Source of the DNA: Lachnospiraceae bacterium
GTDB taxonomy: Bacteria > Bacillota > Clostridia > Lachnospirales > Lachnospiraceae
Direction of reading: 5' to 3'
Assembly: GCA_024692885.1 (NCBI GenBank)
Contig: JAILLZ010000060.1
Span: 1 to 45,181, forward strand
Length of the DNA: 45,181 nucleotides
Position numbers and translations under genes: made by a program. Shown in pieces: positions 9,655 through 17,997 of this stretch; the first letter of the stretch is position 1; the number at the start of each line of letters is the position of its first letter. The notes below the pieces were generated by a model. That model had not been told where the DNA came from. It saw nothing but the letters and a program-made list of their open reading frames with translations, and did no database searches.

Positions 9655-11328
9655 ATGAGGGAGATAACATTTGAGGTAGATGGGGAACTTAAAACTTATC
9701 CGGAGGGCACCAGATTAAGCGATGTTGCCGCAGATGTACAGGAGTTTTACAGAGATGACATTATCCTTGCAAAACGCAACGGAAAACTCTGCGAACTTCA
9801 CCACAAAGTAAAACCGGGAGACAAGGTTATATTTGTAACCACCGCTGACGGAGACGGAAGAAGAACCTACAGGCGCAGTGCGACAATGCTCATGCAGAAG
9901 GCGGTTTTCAATGTTTTCGGCGGAAGACGAGCACAGGTATACGTGCTTAATGCTCTTGACCAGGGATATTACTGCGAGCTTGGAGACGGAAGACATTTCA
10001 GCAAGGACCGCACTGTGGATGAGGAATTCATAAGGCGCACTCTTGAGGAGATGAAGAGACTCCAGGAGCTTAACCTTCCTATAGAGAAAAAGGTACTTCA
10101 TACGGATGCGGCTGTGGAGCTTTTCAGTAAGCTGCACATGACCGAGAAAGAAAAGCTTTTCAGATACAGAAGAAGCTCGAGAGTTAACATTTACATGCTC
10201 GAGGGCTATATAGATTATTTCTATGGATATATGGTTCCTTCCACGGGATACATAAAGTATTACGACATCAAACCTTATGGTGATGGTTTTGTACTTTTGT
10301 TCCCGGACAAGGATACAAAAAAGGTTGCGGATTTCAGACCTTCAAGCAAACATTTTGAAGCCATGATGGAGTCCACAAAATGGAGCCGTACCATGGAAGT
10401 CAGCACCGTTGGTGAGATGAACGATGTAATTGCACATGGTAGAGTACAGGACATCATCCTCATGCAGGAAGCATTGATGGAAAGACGCATCGGAGCATTG
10501 GCAGAGCAGATAGTTGCTTCGGGCGACAAGAAGTTTGTAATGATAGCCGGCCCGTCATCGTCCGGAAAGACGACGTTTTCGCACAGACTGTCAACACAGC
10601 TCTCGGCGCTTGGAATGAAGCCTCATCCTGTTGCTCTCGACAACTATTATCTCGACAGGGATAAGACTCCGCTGGACGAAGACGGAAACATGGATTTTGA
10701 ATGTTTGGAGGCTTTGGATATAGAGCTTTTCAACAGGGATATGACACGTCTTTTGAACGGAGAAGAAGTGGATATGCCAACATTCAATTTCAAGACCGGA
10801 AAGAGGGAGTATAAGGGAGATCGTTTGAAACTAGGAAAGGACGACATCCTTGTCCTTGAAGGAATTCACGGATTGAATGACAAATTATCATATTCTCTCC
10901 CGGCTGAAAGCAAATACAAGATATTTATCAGTGCGCTTACCACATTGAACATAGATGAGCACAACTATATTTCAACCTCCGACGGACGTCTGCTTAGACG
11001 AATCGTAAGAGACGCGAGATCGAGAAACACCACAGCCGAGGAAACAATCGCGATGTGGTATTCGGTAAGACGTGGTGAGGAAAAATACATTTATCCGTTC
11101 CAGCAGCATGCGGATGTAATGTTCAATTCCGCTCTCATTTACGAGCTTGGAGTATTGAAAGTTTATGCTGAGCCTCTGCTTTTCAACATCAGACCGGGCT
11201 CACCGCAGTATCAGGAGGCAAAGAGACTTTTGAAGTTCTTGGATTATTTCCTTCCGGTACCTACTGATATTATCAGCAACAACTCGATAATACGAGAGTT
11301 TATCGGAGGAAGCATTTTCCCGGTATAG
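9655..11328 (+). CDS. TGS/ThrRS-SAD-like N-terminal domains fused to a uridine-kinase/PRK-family P-loop nucleoside kinase
   Basis: 557 aa. It has P-loop IAGPSSSGKTT, LDNYYLDRDKTP, the Walker B-like ILVLEGIHGLN and RRIVRDARSRN in the Udk/PRK style. The N-terminal ~250 aa are non-kinase. Confidence 0.75.
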   Translation: MREITFEVDGELKTYPEGTRLSDVAADVQEFYRDDIILAKRNGKLCELHHKVKPGDKVIFVTTADGDGRRTYRRSATMLMQKAVFNVFGGRRAQVYVLNALDQGYYCELGDGRHFSKDRTVDEEFIRRTLEEMKRLQELNLPIEKKVLHTDAAVELFSKLHMTEKEKLFRYRRSSRVNIYMLEGYIDYFYGYMVPSTGYIKYYDIKPYGDGFVLLFPDKDTKKVADFRPSSKHFEAMMESTKWSRTMEVSTVGEMNDVIAHGRVQDIILMQEALMERRIGALAEQIVASGDKKFVMIAGPSSSGKTTFSHRLSTQLSALGMKPHPVALDNYYLDRDKTPLDEDGNMDFECLEALDIELFNRDMTRLLNGEEVDMPTFNFKTGKREYKGDRLKLGKDDILVLEGIHGLNDKLSYSLPAESKYKIFISALTTLNIDEHNYISTSDGRLLRRIVRDARSRNTTAEETIAMWYSVRRGEEKYIYPFQQHADVMFNSALIYELGVLKVYAEPLLFNIRPGSPQYQEAKRLLKFLDYFLPVPTDIISNNSIIREFIGGSIFPV

Positions 11329-11380
11329 TGCGGTGATTATTGTCAATAAAAGCCGTAAATGTTGCAGAAACAACTTTAGA

Positions 11381-11409
11381 TTGTGAAATCCTAAAAATTG
11401 TGATATAAG
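11381..11409 (+). promoter_or_regulatory. candidate promoter of rnpB
   Basis: TTGTGA (11381-11386), a 17-nt spacer, then TGaTATAAG (11401-11409), about 30 nt upstream of the RNase P RNA 5' helix. Confidence 0.4.
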
Positions 11410-11438
11410 AATATAGCACATGTAAACACAGTGTATTT

Positions 11439-11785
11439 ATGAGTAGGACAGGTGATCGCGGCTGCAAGTGTCGAAAGACCGCAGGTGAGGAAAGTCCGGG
11501 CTTCATAGGGCAGGATGCCAGATAACGTCTGGTGGAGGTGACTCCCAGGCCAGTGCAACAGAAAGTATACCGCCATGCTAGTCATGGTAAGGTTGGAATG
11601 GCAGTGTAAGAGACTACCGCCTCTCCGGTAACGGCGAGGGCAATGTAAACCCCATCCGAAGCAAGACCGAGTTAAGGCTATGACGTGGCCCGCTAGCCTA
11701 TGGTAGGTCGCTTGAAGCGGCTGGCGACAGTCGTTCTAGATAGATGATCACCCAACGACATAACCCGGCTTATCGTTTTACTCAT
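11439..11785 (+). ncRNA. rnpB: RNase P RNA, bacterial type A
   Basis: The universal P4 strands GAGGAAAGTCCGGGC (5') and ACATAACCCGGCTTATCG (3') are present. The whole stretch aligns by eye to E. coli M1 RNA (CATAGGGCAGGATGCCAG, CAGTGCAACAGAAAGTATACCGCC, GGTAAACCCCATCCGAAGCAAG). The P1 pairing is ATGAGTA/TACTCAT. Confidence 0.92.
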
Positions 11786-11798
11786 TAAACAAAAATCA

Positions 11799-11834
11799 AG
11801 TCCCATATGACCAATGATCATGTGGGACTGTTTT
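11799..11834 (+). terminator. intrinsic terminator after rnpB
   Basis: AGTCCCATATGA/TCATGTGGGACT forms a 12-bp stem (one G-U) with a 7-nt loop, followed by GTTTT. Confidence 0.65.
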
Positions 11835-11915
11835 AACTTAAAAAAGAATGTATCTACAACGAGACGCATGTCGAGCTTTCAGCACTTTGAAAGCAAATTA
11901 GAAACGGAGGAAAAC

Positions 11916-12272
11916 ATGCACGAATTAGGTGTTGTTTTTTATGTCATTAAGGACGTAAAAAAGGTCGCGGAAGAAAACAATATAAAGAAGGTCGAATCGG
12001 TGACGGTTGAGATCGGTGAGGTGTCCGGTGTGGTACACAGCATGCTTAAAGATTGCTGGGACTGGGCCAAAAAGAAGGAACCGGTTACAGAGGATACCGA
12101 GCTGAAGATTGAGACCATCGAGGCGGTTACTTTTTGTGAGGACTGCGAAAAAGACTATCCTACGGTAAAATACGGAAAGAAATGTCCGCATTGCGGCAGT
12201 GAGCATACATTTTTGAAGACCGGAAACGAGTTTATGATAAAAGAGATAGGGGTCAAAGATGAAGATAATTGA
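11916..12272 (+). CDS. hypA: nickel insertion metallochaperone HypA
   Basis: 118 aa from the internal ATG, which has an ACGGAGG RBS. It carries the N-terminal MHE nickel motif and the zinc site CEDC...CPHC. The longer track ORF (from 11814) would overlap the rnpB terminator. Confidence 0.85.
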   Translation: MHELGVVFYVIKDVKKVAEENNIKKVESVTVEIGEVSGVVHSMLKDCWDWAKKKEPVTEDTELKIETIEAVTFCEDCEKDYPTVKYGKKCPHCGSEHTFLKTGNEFMIKEIGVKDEDN

Positions 12273-12906
12273 GCTTAAACAGGATATTTTTAAGGAAAAC
12301 GAAGTAACGGCGGACGGTGTAAGAGCAGAGCTTAAGGATGCAGGAAAATTCATGGTAAATGTTATGTCCTCACCTGGAAGCGGAAAGACCACCACACTCT
12401 TAAAGACGATTGAATTGCTTAAGGGAGATGTGAGATGTGCCGTAATGGAGTGCGACATAGATGCGAGTGTTGACGCAGAGAGAATCGCCGAGGGAGGCGG
12501 AAAGTCCATCCAGCTTCACACCGGCGGAATGTGTCATATGGATGCTGCCATGACAAAACAGGGACTTATGGAGATGGGATATGATGATGTTGATCTCATT
12601 TTCATTGAGAATGTCGGAAACCTGGTTTGCCCAGCAGAATTCGATACCGGAGCACACATGAACATGACCATCCTCTCTGTACCTGAGGGAGATGATAAGC
12701 CTGCAAAATATCCTCTTGTTTACGAGGTGAGCGAAGTTGTGCTTATCAACAAGATAGATGCAAAGGCAGTTTTTGATTTCGATGACGAGCTTGTCGTGAA
12801 GAGAATTCACGCATGCAACCCAAATGCAAAGGTTTTCTTTGTCAGCGCAAAGACAGGCGAAGGATTCGATGAGTGGATAGACTTTCTTAAAAACAGAATG
12901 TCATAA
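12259..12906 (+). CDS. hypB: HypB-type G3E GTPase (nickel metallochaperone), copy 1
   Basis: 215 aa with P-loop SSPGSGKTT, the CH motif GGMCHMDA, ENVGNLVCPAEFDTG and NKID. It overlaps the hypA stop by 14 nt. Confidence 0.9.
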   Translation: MKIIELKQDIFKENEVTADGVRAELKDAGKFMVNVMSSPGSGKTTTLLKTIELLKGDVRCAVMECDIDASVDAERIAEGGGKSIQLHTGGMCHMDAAMTKQGLMEMGYDDVDLIFIENVGNLVCPAEFDTGAHMNMTILSVPEGDDKPAKYPLVYEVSEVVLINKIDAKAVFDFDDELVVKRIHACNPNAKVFFVSAKTGEGFDEWIDFLKNRMS

Positions 12907-12919
12907 ATGAGGATAAAAA

Positions 12920-13585
12920 ATGGGAAAAGTAAGAGTAATAGAGATACACGAGGATGTATTTGGCGATAACAATAAAATGGCTGAGGAAATCAGAAAAGAC
13001 CTTAAGGAGAAGGGAACCTTTTTCTTAAATGTCATGTCTTCTCCGGGAAGCGGAAAGACCACAGCACTTTCAGCTGTAATTAATCTGATTAAAGACAAAG
13101 TAAAAGTCGGGCTTATGGACGTGGATATCGAGTCATCTCTTGATGCGGACAAGGTTTCGGACCTTACAGGAGTTCCTGCCATTCAGATACACAACGGCGG
13201 TCTTTGCCATATTGATGCGGATATGACAAAGAGGGCACTTAATGAGTTTGATGCCAAAGATTTGGATGTGCTAATTCTTGAGAATATCGGAAATCTCGTA
13301 TGTCCTGCGGAATTTGATACGGGAGCACACAAGAGTATAATGATCTTTTCCGTTCCGGAGGGAGACGACAAGCCTTTGAAGTACCCGCTTATGTTCTCGG
13401 TTTGCGACATGGTACTTATAAGTAAGATTGACACAAAAGATTTCTTTAACTTTGATATGGATGCTGCGGTAAAGAATATAAAGAACCTCAATCCAAACGC
13501 TACAATCATTCCTATAAGTGCAAAGACAGGCGAGGGAATGGATGTATTTGCAAAGTGGATACTTGATAATGCCAAAGCCTTTTGA
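12920..13585 (+). CDS. hypB: HypB-type G3E GTPase, diverged tandem paralog (copy 2)
   Basis: 221 aa with the same motifs (SSPGSGKTT, GGLCHIDA, ENIGNLVCPAEFDTG, SKID). It is roughly half identical to copy 1 by eye, so it is not an assembly duplicate. Confidence 0.9.
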   Translation: MGKVRVIEIHEDVFGDNNKMAEEIRKDLKEKGTFFLNVMSSPGSGKTTALSAVINLIKDKVKVGLMDVDIESSLDADKVSDLTGVPAIQIHNGGLCHIDADMTKRALNEFDAKDLDVLILENIGNLVCPAEFDTGAHKSIMIFSVPEGDDKPLKYPLMFSVCDMVLISKIDTKDFFNFDMDAAVKNIKNLNPNATIIPISAKTGEGMDVFAKWILDNAKAF

Positions 13586-13610
13586 TTTCTTGCTCTAAAA
13601 TGTGTATAAT
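13582..13610 (+). promoter_or_regulatory. sigma-A type promoter of the envelope-glycosylation operon
   Basis: TTGATT (13582-13587), a 17-nt spacer, then TATAAT (13605-13610). Confidence 0.55.
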
Positions 13611-13657
13611 TAATTTTGTATGCAGAAACAGCATAAACGAAAGCGCAAGGAAGAATT

Positions 13658-14608
13658 ATGGCAAATAGAGTTTCAATTATCGTTCCGTGTAAAAATGAAG
13701 AAGAGGTGCTTCCAAAATTTTATGATGAAATCGTAAAGGTTTTGGAGGAGAACCGTTATACCTACGAACTGATAATTGTCAATGACGGCTCTACGGACGG
13801 CACACTTGAGGTTGCAAAAGAGCTGGCAAATAGAAATTCAAACATAAAATATATTTCATTTTCGAGAAATTTCGGAAAAGAGGCTGCGATGTACGCGGGA
13901 TTCTGCAATGCGGACGGCGAGTATGTGGCAGTGATGGATGCGGACCTTCAGGACCCTCCGGCTCTTCTTCCGAAAATGATCGAAATACTTGAGTCGGGAG
14001 AGTATGACAGTGTGGCCACAAGGCGTGTGAGTCGAAAGGGAGAACCTGTCATCCGCTCCTTTTTTGCGAGATGTTTTTATAAATTTATAAACAAGATTTC
14101 CGATGCGGATATAGTGGACGGCGCCAGAGATTTCAGACTCATGAAGCGCGAAATGGTGGACGCTGTGGTCGGAATGGGAGAGATTAACAGATTCTCTAAA
14201 GGAATATTCGGATGGGTCGGTTTTAAGACATACTGGCTTCCGTACGAAAATATTGAGAGAGCTGCTGGAACCACAAAATGGAGCTTCTTCGGACTTATGA
14301 AGTATGCCGTTGACGGTATAATCAATTTTTCGGAAGTTCCGCTTGATATTGCCTCATGGTTTGGGATGATAATGACTTTTATCTCCTTTGTGGCACTTGT
14401 TTTTATAGTTGTAAGAAGACTTGTTTTCGGAGATCCCGTAGCGGGATGGGCTTCGACAATCAGTGTTATAGTTTTTATCGGTGGTATTCAGCTTTTCTTC
14501 CTGGGTATTATGGGGCGATACATGGCGAAGACCTACACGGAGACAAAGAGAAGACCGCATTACATTATTGCCGAGAGCAATAAAGAGAATGTAAAGAAAG
14601 TAAATTAA
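13658..14608 (+). CDS. family 2 glycosyltransferase, polyprenyl-phosphate sugar synthase (GtrB/CsbB/DPM1-like)
   Basis: 316 aa. It has the N-terminal GT-A fold (SIIVPCKNEE, VNDGSTDGT, MDADLQDPP) and two C-terminal TM helices, the typical GtrB architecture. Confidence 0.9.
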   Translation: MANRVSIIVPCKNEEEVLPKFYDEIVKVLEENRYTYELIIVNDGSTDGTLEVAKELANRNSNIKYISFSRNFGKEAAMYAGFCNADGEYVAVMDADLQDPPALLPKMIEILESGEYDSVATRRVSRKGEPVIRSFFARCFYKFINKISDADIVDGARDFRLMKREMVDAVVGMGEINRFSKGIFGWVGFKTYWLPYENIERAAGTTKWSFFGLMKYAVDGIINFSEVPLDIASWFGMIMTFISFVALVFIVVRRLVFGDPVAGWASTISVIVFIGGIQLFFLGIMGRYMAKTYTETKRRPHYIIAESNKENVKKVN

Positions 14609-14615
14609 AAGAGAC

Positions 14616-14783
14616 ATGGATGATATGAATTTGGGCGAGGAAAAATACAAGCAGCTCAGCTTCGATGAGAATATGAATATTTTTGAAGAGCCCATGGTTT
14701 GCGAAATGACAATCGAGGAACGTCAGAAATATGATGCTCTGGTTAAAGATGCAACACAGATGAATTTGGAAGATTTCTTTTAG
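14616..14783 (+). CDS. unannotated small acidic ORF (55 aa, MDDMNLGEEKYKQLSFDENMNIFEEP...)
   Basis: My own translation; the ORF is below the track cutoff. It exactly fills the gap between the GT2 gene and the next ORF on the operon strand. The RBS is weak. Confidence 0.3.
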   Translation: MDDMNLGEEKYKQLSFDENMNIFEEPMVCEMTIEERQKYDALVKDATQMNLEDFF

Positions 14784-14794
14784 GGGATTACAAA

Positions 14795-15094
14795 ATGGGA
14801 TTTTTAAAGGATTTGATTGCGACAAAAGAAGAGGTCTGGCAGGGTGAGGATTTTAACCTTTACGAAGAAAACTGTAAAAAGTTGAAAAATGCGGGGTTAA
14901 AGGTTCAGGCATTCAAAATAAACACCGATATCGACGGCTGCACCGGTGAGTGTGCAAGCTGCTCCACATGCATGACTTTGAATATCGAGGCCAGAAGTGA
15001 GGAAGAGAAGACCGTAACACCTGACAGATATGCAATATATGTAAAACAGACTGACGCAAAGAAAGCCAGAGAGATTCTGGGGGAGGCTGTATGA
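14795..15094 (+). CDS. hypothetical small protein with a C-x3-C-x2-C-x2-C cysteine cluster
   Basis: 99 aa with an AGGGGA RBS. Its stop overlaps the next start (ATGA), which suggests translational coupling. The cysteine cluster is CTGECASCSTC. Confidence 0.6.
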   Translation: MGFLKDLIATKEEVWQGEDFNLYEENCKKLKNAGLKVQAFKINTDIDGCTGECASCSTCMTLNIEARSEEEKTVTPDRYAIYVKQTDAKKAREILGEAV

Positions 15095-15888
15095 AGAAGG
15101 AAATAAAGGTACTTGTTGCAATAGGTGTGGCTGCCACGGCGGCAATGTATGTAACCAACAAGGTTATAGAGAGAAAAACAAAGCTTCTTGAGGAAGAGGA
15201 GCCTGTTGAAAGAGGACTTAAGTATTCCTTCAGACATGGGGACGTTTATTATGTGAAAAAAGGAGAGGGTGCACCGATACTTCTTTTACATGATATCGAA
15301 CCTGATGCATCCCATATGGACTGGAAGGATTCCATAAACGGATTCACCGAGGGACATTGCGTATATGCCCTTGATCTTCCCGGATGCGGAAAAAGCGAAA
15401 AGCCAAACTTTATCTACTCAAATTATATGTATGTTGAGCTGATAAACGATTTTGTTCGCGATGTCATAGGAGAGAAAGTGACTGTTATAGCTGAGGGAGT
15501 ATCTTGCTCGGCAGCTCTCATGGCAGCAAACATGAACGATGACATAATCAAAAAACTTATATTTGTAAATCCTGCTTCTCTTAATGAATTGAAGCAGAAT
15601 CCGGACAGAGTAAGGGATAATGTGCTTACGGTTTTCAGAATCCCGATTCTGGGCGAGTTTATTTACAACATGATGTATTGGAACTGTGATGACAGGGCAT
15701 TTCTTGCCGCACACAGGGATAAAAACAGAGGAAGATTTTTGCTTTCCAGCATAATTGGCAGATACACGGGAATCAACATCACCCATGCCCTTGGAAAAGC
15801 GAAGGTTCCTGTTGTCATATTGGGGGACAAAAAGGAAGCGGAAGGATACAGAATCTTTAACGACTCAATAGAAATTTTGGGAGCGTAA
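15091..15888 (+). CDS. membrane-anchored alpha/beta-hydrolase-fold protein (possibly non-catalytic)
   Basis: 265 aa with an N-terminal TM helix. It has an LLLHD oxyanion-region analogue, the nucleophile-elbow-like GVSCS and the acid-like ILGDKKE, but the ORF ends (EILGA-stop) where the catalytic His motif normally follows. Confidence 0.7.
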   Translation: MKKEIKVLVAIGVAATAAMYVTNKVIERKTKLLEEEEPVERGLKYSFRHGDVYYVKKGEGAPILLLHDIEPDASHMDWKDSINGFTEGHCVYALDLPGCGKSEKPNFIYSNYMYVELINDFVRDVIGEKVTVIAEGVSCSAALMAANMNDDIIKKLIFVNPASLNELKQNPDRVRDNVLTVFRIPILGEFIYNMMYWNCDDRAFLAAHRDKNRGRFLLSSIIGRYTGINITHALGKAKVPVVILGDKKEAEGYRIFNDSIEILGA

Positions 15889-15923
15889 AGAAGTATTACT
15901 TCCTGAAAAAACAGGTACAGGAA

Positions 15924-16463
15924 ATGAATTTAATTTGGAATATTATAAAAGCCATAGCCCATTTTTTCTTGAACATTCTTTTTAAGATAATGGGAAAAGA
16001 GCTTACGGACGAGATATTTGAGAATTTTATGCAGTTTATAAAATTCGGTCTGGTGGGAGTCAGCAATACCATAGTTGCTTATGCAATCTACACGGTGTCG
16101 CTTATACTCATAAAAAATACCGGAAAACAGATATCTTTCGATTACATTATCGCTCAGACTTTGGGATTTGTTTTGAGCGTTCCATGGTCATTCTTTTGGA
16201 ACAGCAAATTTGTTTTCAAACTTGAAGAGGGCGAGAAACGACCATGGTTTCCGGCACTTATAAAGACTTATATTTCTTATTCTTTTACGGGAATATTTTT
16301 GAATAATGTGCTGTTGATCCTGTGGGTCAAAGTGTTTGGAATCTCGGAGTTTATTGCACCGATAATAAACATATTTGTCAACGTGCCTATCAACTTTATC
16401 ATTAATAAACTGTGGGCATTCAGGGCAAAAAAAAGCATAGGTTTTGGAAGGGTTATACAATGA
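15924..16463 (+). CDS. GtrA-family membrane protein (polyprenyl-P-sugar flippase-like)
   Basis: 179 aa with four TM segments and the GtrA signature region [12 protein letters not shown]...NKLWAF. The start is uncertain; an alternative is Met23 at 15990. Confidence 0.85.
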   Translation: MNLIWNIIKAIAHFFLNILFKIMGKELTDEIFENFMQFIKFGLVGVSNTIVAYAIYTVSLILIKNTGKQISFDYIIAQTLGFVLSVPWSFFWNSKFVFKLEEGEKRPWFPALIKTYISYSFTGIFLNNVLLILWVKVFGISEFIAPIINIFVNVPINFIINKLWAFRAKKSIGFGRVIQ

Positions 16464-17635
16464 TAAAGAGGGTTGGAGCGTTCATACTTATATTGTCCGT
16501 ATCATTTACCGTGATATGGTCGGACGTGTACGCGAAAAATTCAACCTCAGACAAAATTAAAGAGGCTCAGAAAAAAATTGAAAGTCTGGAGGAGGACAAG
16601 GAGGAGGCCGAACAGCAGGCTTCTTCATTACAGTCTGAAGCCAATGCGATAGAAGGCGAACTCAAAGAATTAAACGACAGCCTTCAGAGCGTGACTGATG
16701 CAATAACGTCCTTGGAAAACCAGATAAGTGAAAAAGAGACCGACATATCGGATGCGACCGCAAGGCTTGCAGCTGCCGAGGAGACTAAGGCAAAGCAGTA
16801 TGAGGATATGAAAAAACGCATCAGATTTATGTACGAGAGATCAAACGATGACATCCTTTCACTTTTTTTGGAGAGTGAGTCAATCTCGGATTTCCTGAAT
16901 TCGGTGGAATATATCAAGTCCATATCCGATTATGACAGGGAGAAGCTTGATGAATACAAAGAAACCTGCGAGATAATAACCACCGAAAAGAGTACTTTGG
17001 AGACGGAGCAGGCAAACCTTGTCGCTCTTGAAGAAGAACAGCAGGAGAAAAAGAGCGAGCTTGATACGTTGGTGGCAAATACTCAGAACAGCCTTTCCGA
17101 GACTAACAGTGAACTGGCCGAGGCACAGAGTAAAGCAGATGCACTCGCTTTACAGATAGAAGAGATGGAAGCTTTGGAGGCAGAGCTGGAGAAACAGAAG
17201 GCCGAAGAAGACAAAAAGAGACTTGAAGAGTTGAAGAAGCAAGAGGAGGAACTGAAAAAACAGACTTCCTCGGGGACAACAACAGCGGTTACCGTAACAT
17301 CTTCAGACCAGGCAATGCTGGCAGCTATCATTTACTGCGAGGCCGGCGGCGAGAGTTATGAAGGACAGGTGGCTGTCGGCAGTGTTGTAATGAACAGGGT
17401 TGCAAGCAACTATTATCCAAACACCATTTCCGGTGTAATTTACCAGAGCGGACAGTTTTCACCCGTGGCAAGCGGAAGATTCGCGGCAGTATTATCCGGA
17501 GGCCTTGCTTCATCCTCTGCAGCGAGCGCCGCAGCAGCCGTCATAGGTGGAACAAGAAATGTCTCCGCGCTTAGTTTCAGAAATGTTTCCAGCGGTATCA
17601 GCGGAACAGTTATCGGTAATCATGTTTTCTTCTGA
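16460..17635 (+). CDS. secreted cell-wall hydrolase: long coiled-coil N-domain + SleB/Hydrolase_2 C-domain
   Basis: Start taken at Met17 of the track ORF ([12 protein letters not shown]... signal peptide), an ATGA overlap with the gtrA stop. A ~270-aa E/K/L-rich coiled coil resembles PcsB/CwlO. The C-terminus [26 protein letters not shown]...YQSGQFSPV is SleB-like. Confidence 0.8.
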   Translation: MIKRVGAFILILSVSFTVIWSDVYAKNSTSDKIKEAQKKIESLEEDKEEAEQQASSLQSEANAIEGELKELNDSLQSVTDAITSLENQISEKETDISDATARLAAAEETKAKQYEDMKKRIRFMYERSNDDILSLFLESESISDFLNSVEYIKSISDYDREKLDEYKETCEIITTEKSTLETEQANLVALEEEQQEKKSELDTLVANTQNSLSETNSELAEAQSKADALALQIEEMEALEAELEKQKAEEDKKRLEELKKQEEELKKQTSSGTTTAVTVTSSDQAMLAAIIYCEAGGESYEGQVAVGSVVMNRVASNYYPNTISGVIYQSGQFSPVASGRFAAVLSGGLASSSAASAAAAVIGGTRNVSALSFRNVSSGISGTVIGNHVFF

Positions 17636-17710
17636 TTTTTCTGTTAAAAAGGCACAAAATAGTACCTGAGATATACGTTAAAAAACTGACATAAATGTTA
17701 ATAAAAATAC

Positions 17711-17767
17711 AAACCGTCTTAAATGTGATTTATTGGTGAAAAGTTACATTTTAGGCGGTTTTTTTTG
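17711..17767 (+). terminator. intrinsic terminator of the envelope operon
   Basis: AAACCGTCTTAAATGT/ACATTTTAGGCGGTTT forms ~15 bp with one mismatch and a 19-nt loop, followed by a T8 run. Confidence 0.65.
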
Positions 17768-17775
17768 CCTTCAAC

Positions 17776-17790
17776 TGTTGAAAAACAACA
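17776..17790. promoter_or_regulatory. perfect 15-nt palindrome TGTTGAAAAACAACA upstream of thl (candidate operator)
   Basis: Seen directly, 14 nt upstream of a TATAAT at 17804-17809. It is Rex-box-like, but the half-site spacing is 1 nt shorter than the TTGTTAA-N4-TTAACAA consensus. Confidence 0.25.
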
Positions 17791-17997
17791 AACGGAGTGC
17801 TAATATAATTGAGTAAATTGTACGAGTATGACAGTTAATTGTATAGCAGTGAGATGCAAAACCTACAAACCTTTAGATATTTTACGTATCTGAGGTTTAT
17901 TTTAAGCGTATTTATTGGGTTATCCCTAAAATGACGTAAATGCAATGGGCTGACATATAGACGTACGAAAAAAATAAACCAGGAGGTAGTAGAGAAA

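Noticed and set aside
11200-11585. Three overlapping - strand ORFs (64-73 aa)
   Set aside because: They lie antisense to the kinase 3' end and across the RNase P RNA gene. The region is fully explained by rnpB.
11814-11915. 34-codon N-terminal extension of the hypA track ORF
   Set aside because: The extension starts inside the rnpB terminator hairpin. The canonical HypA N-terminus MHE with an ACGGAGG RBS begins at 11916.
12259-13585. Possibility that the two hypB genes are an assembly or tandem-duplication artefact
   Set aside because: The copies differ at roughly half of their residues and at most nucleotide positions, and each has its own RBS. They are genuine diverged paralogs.
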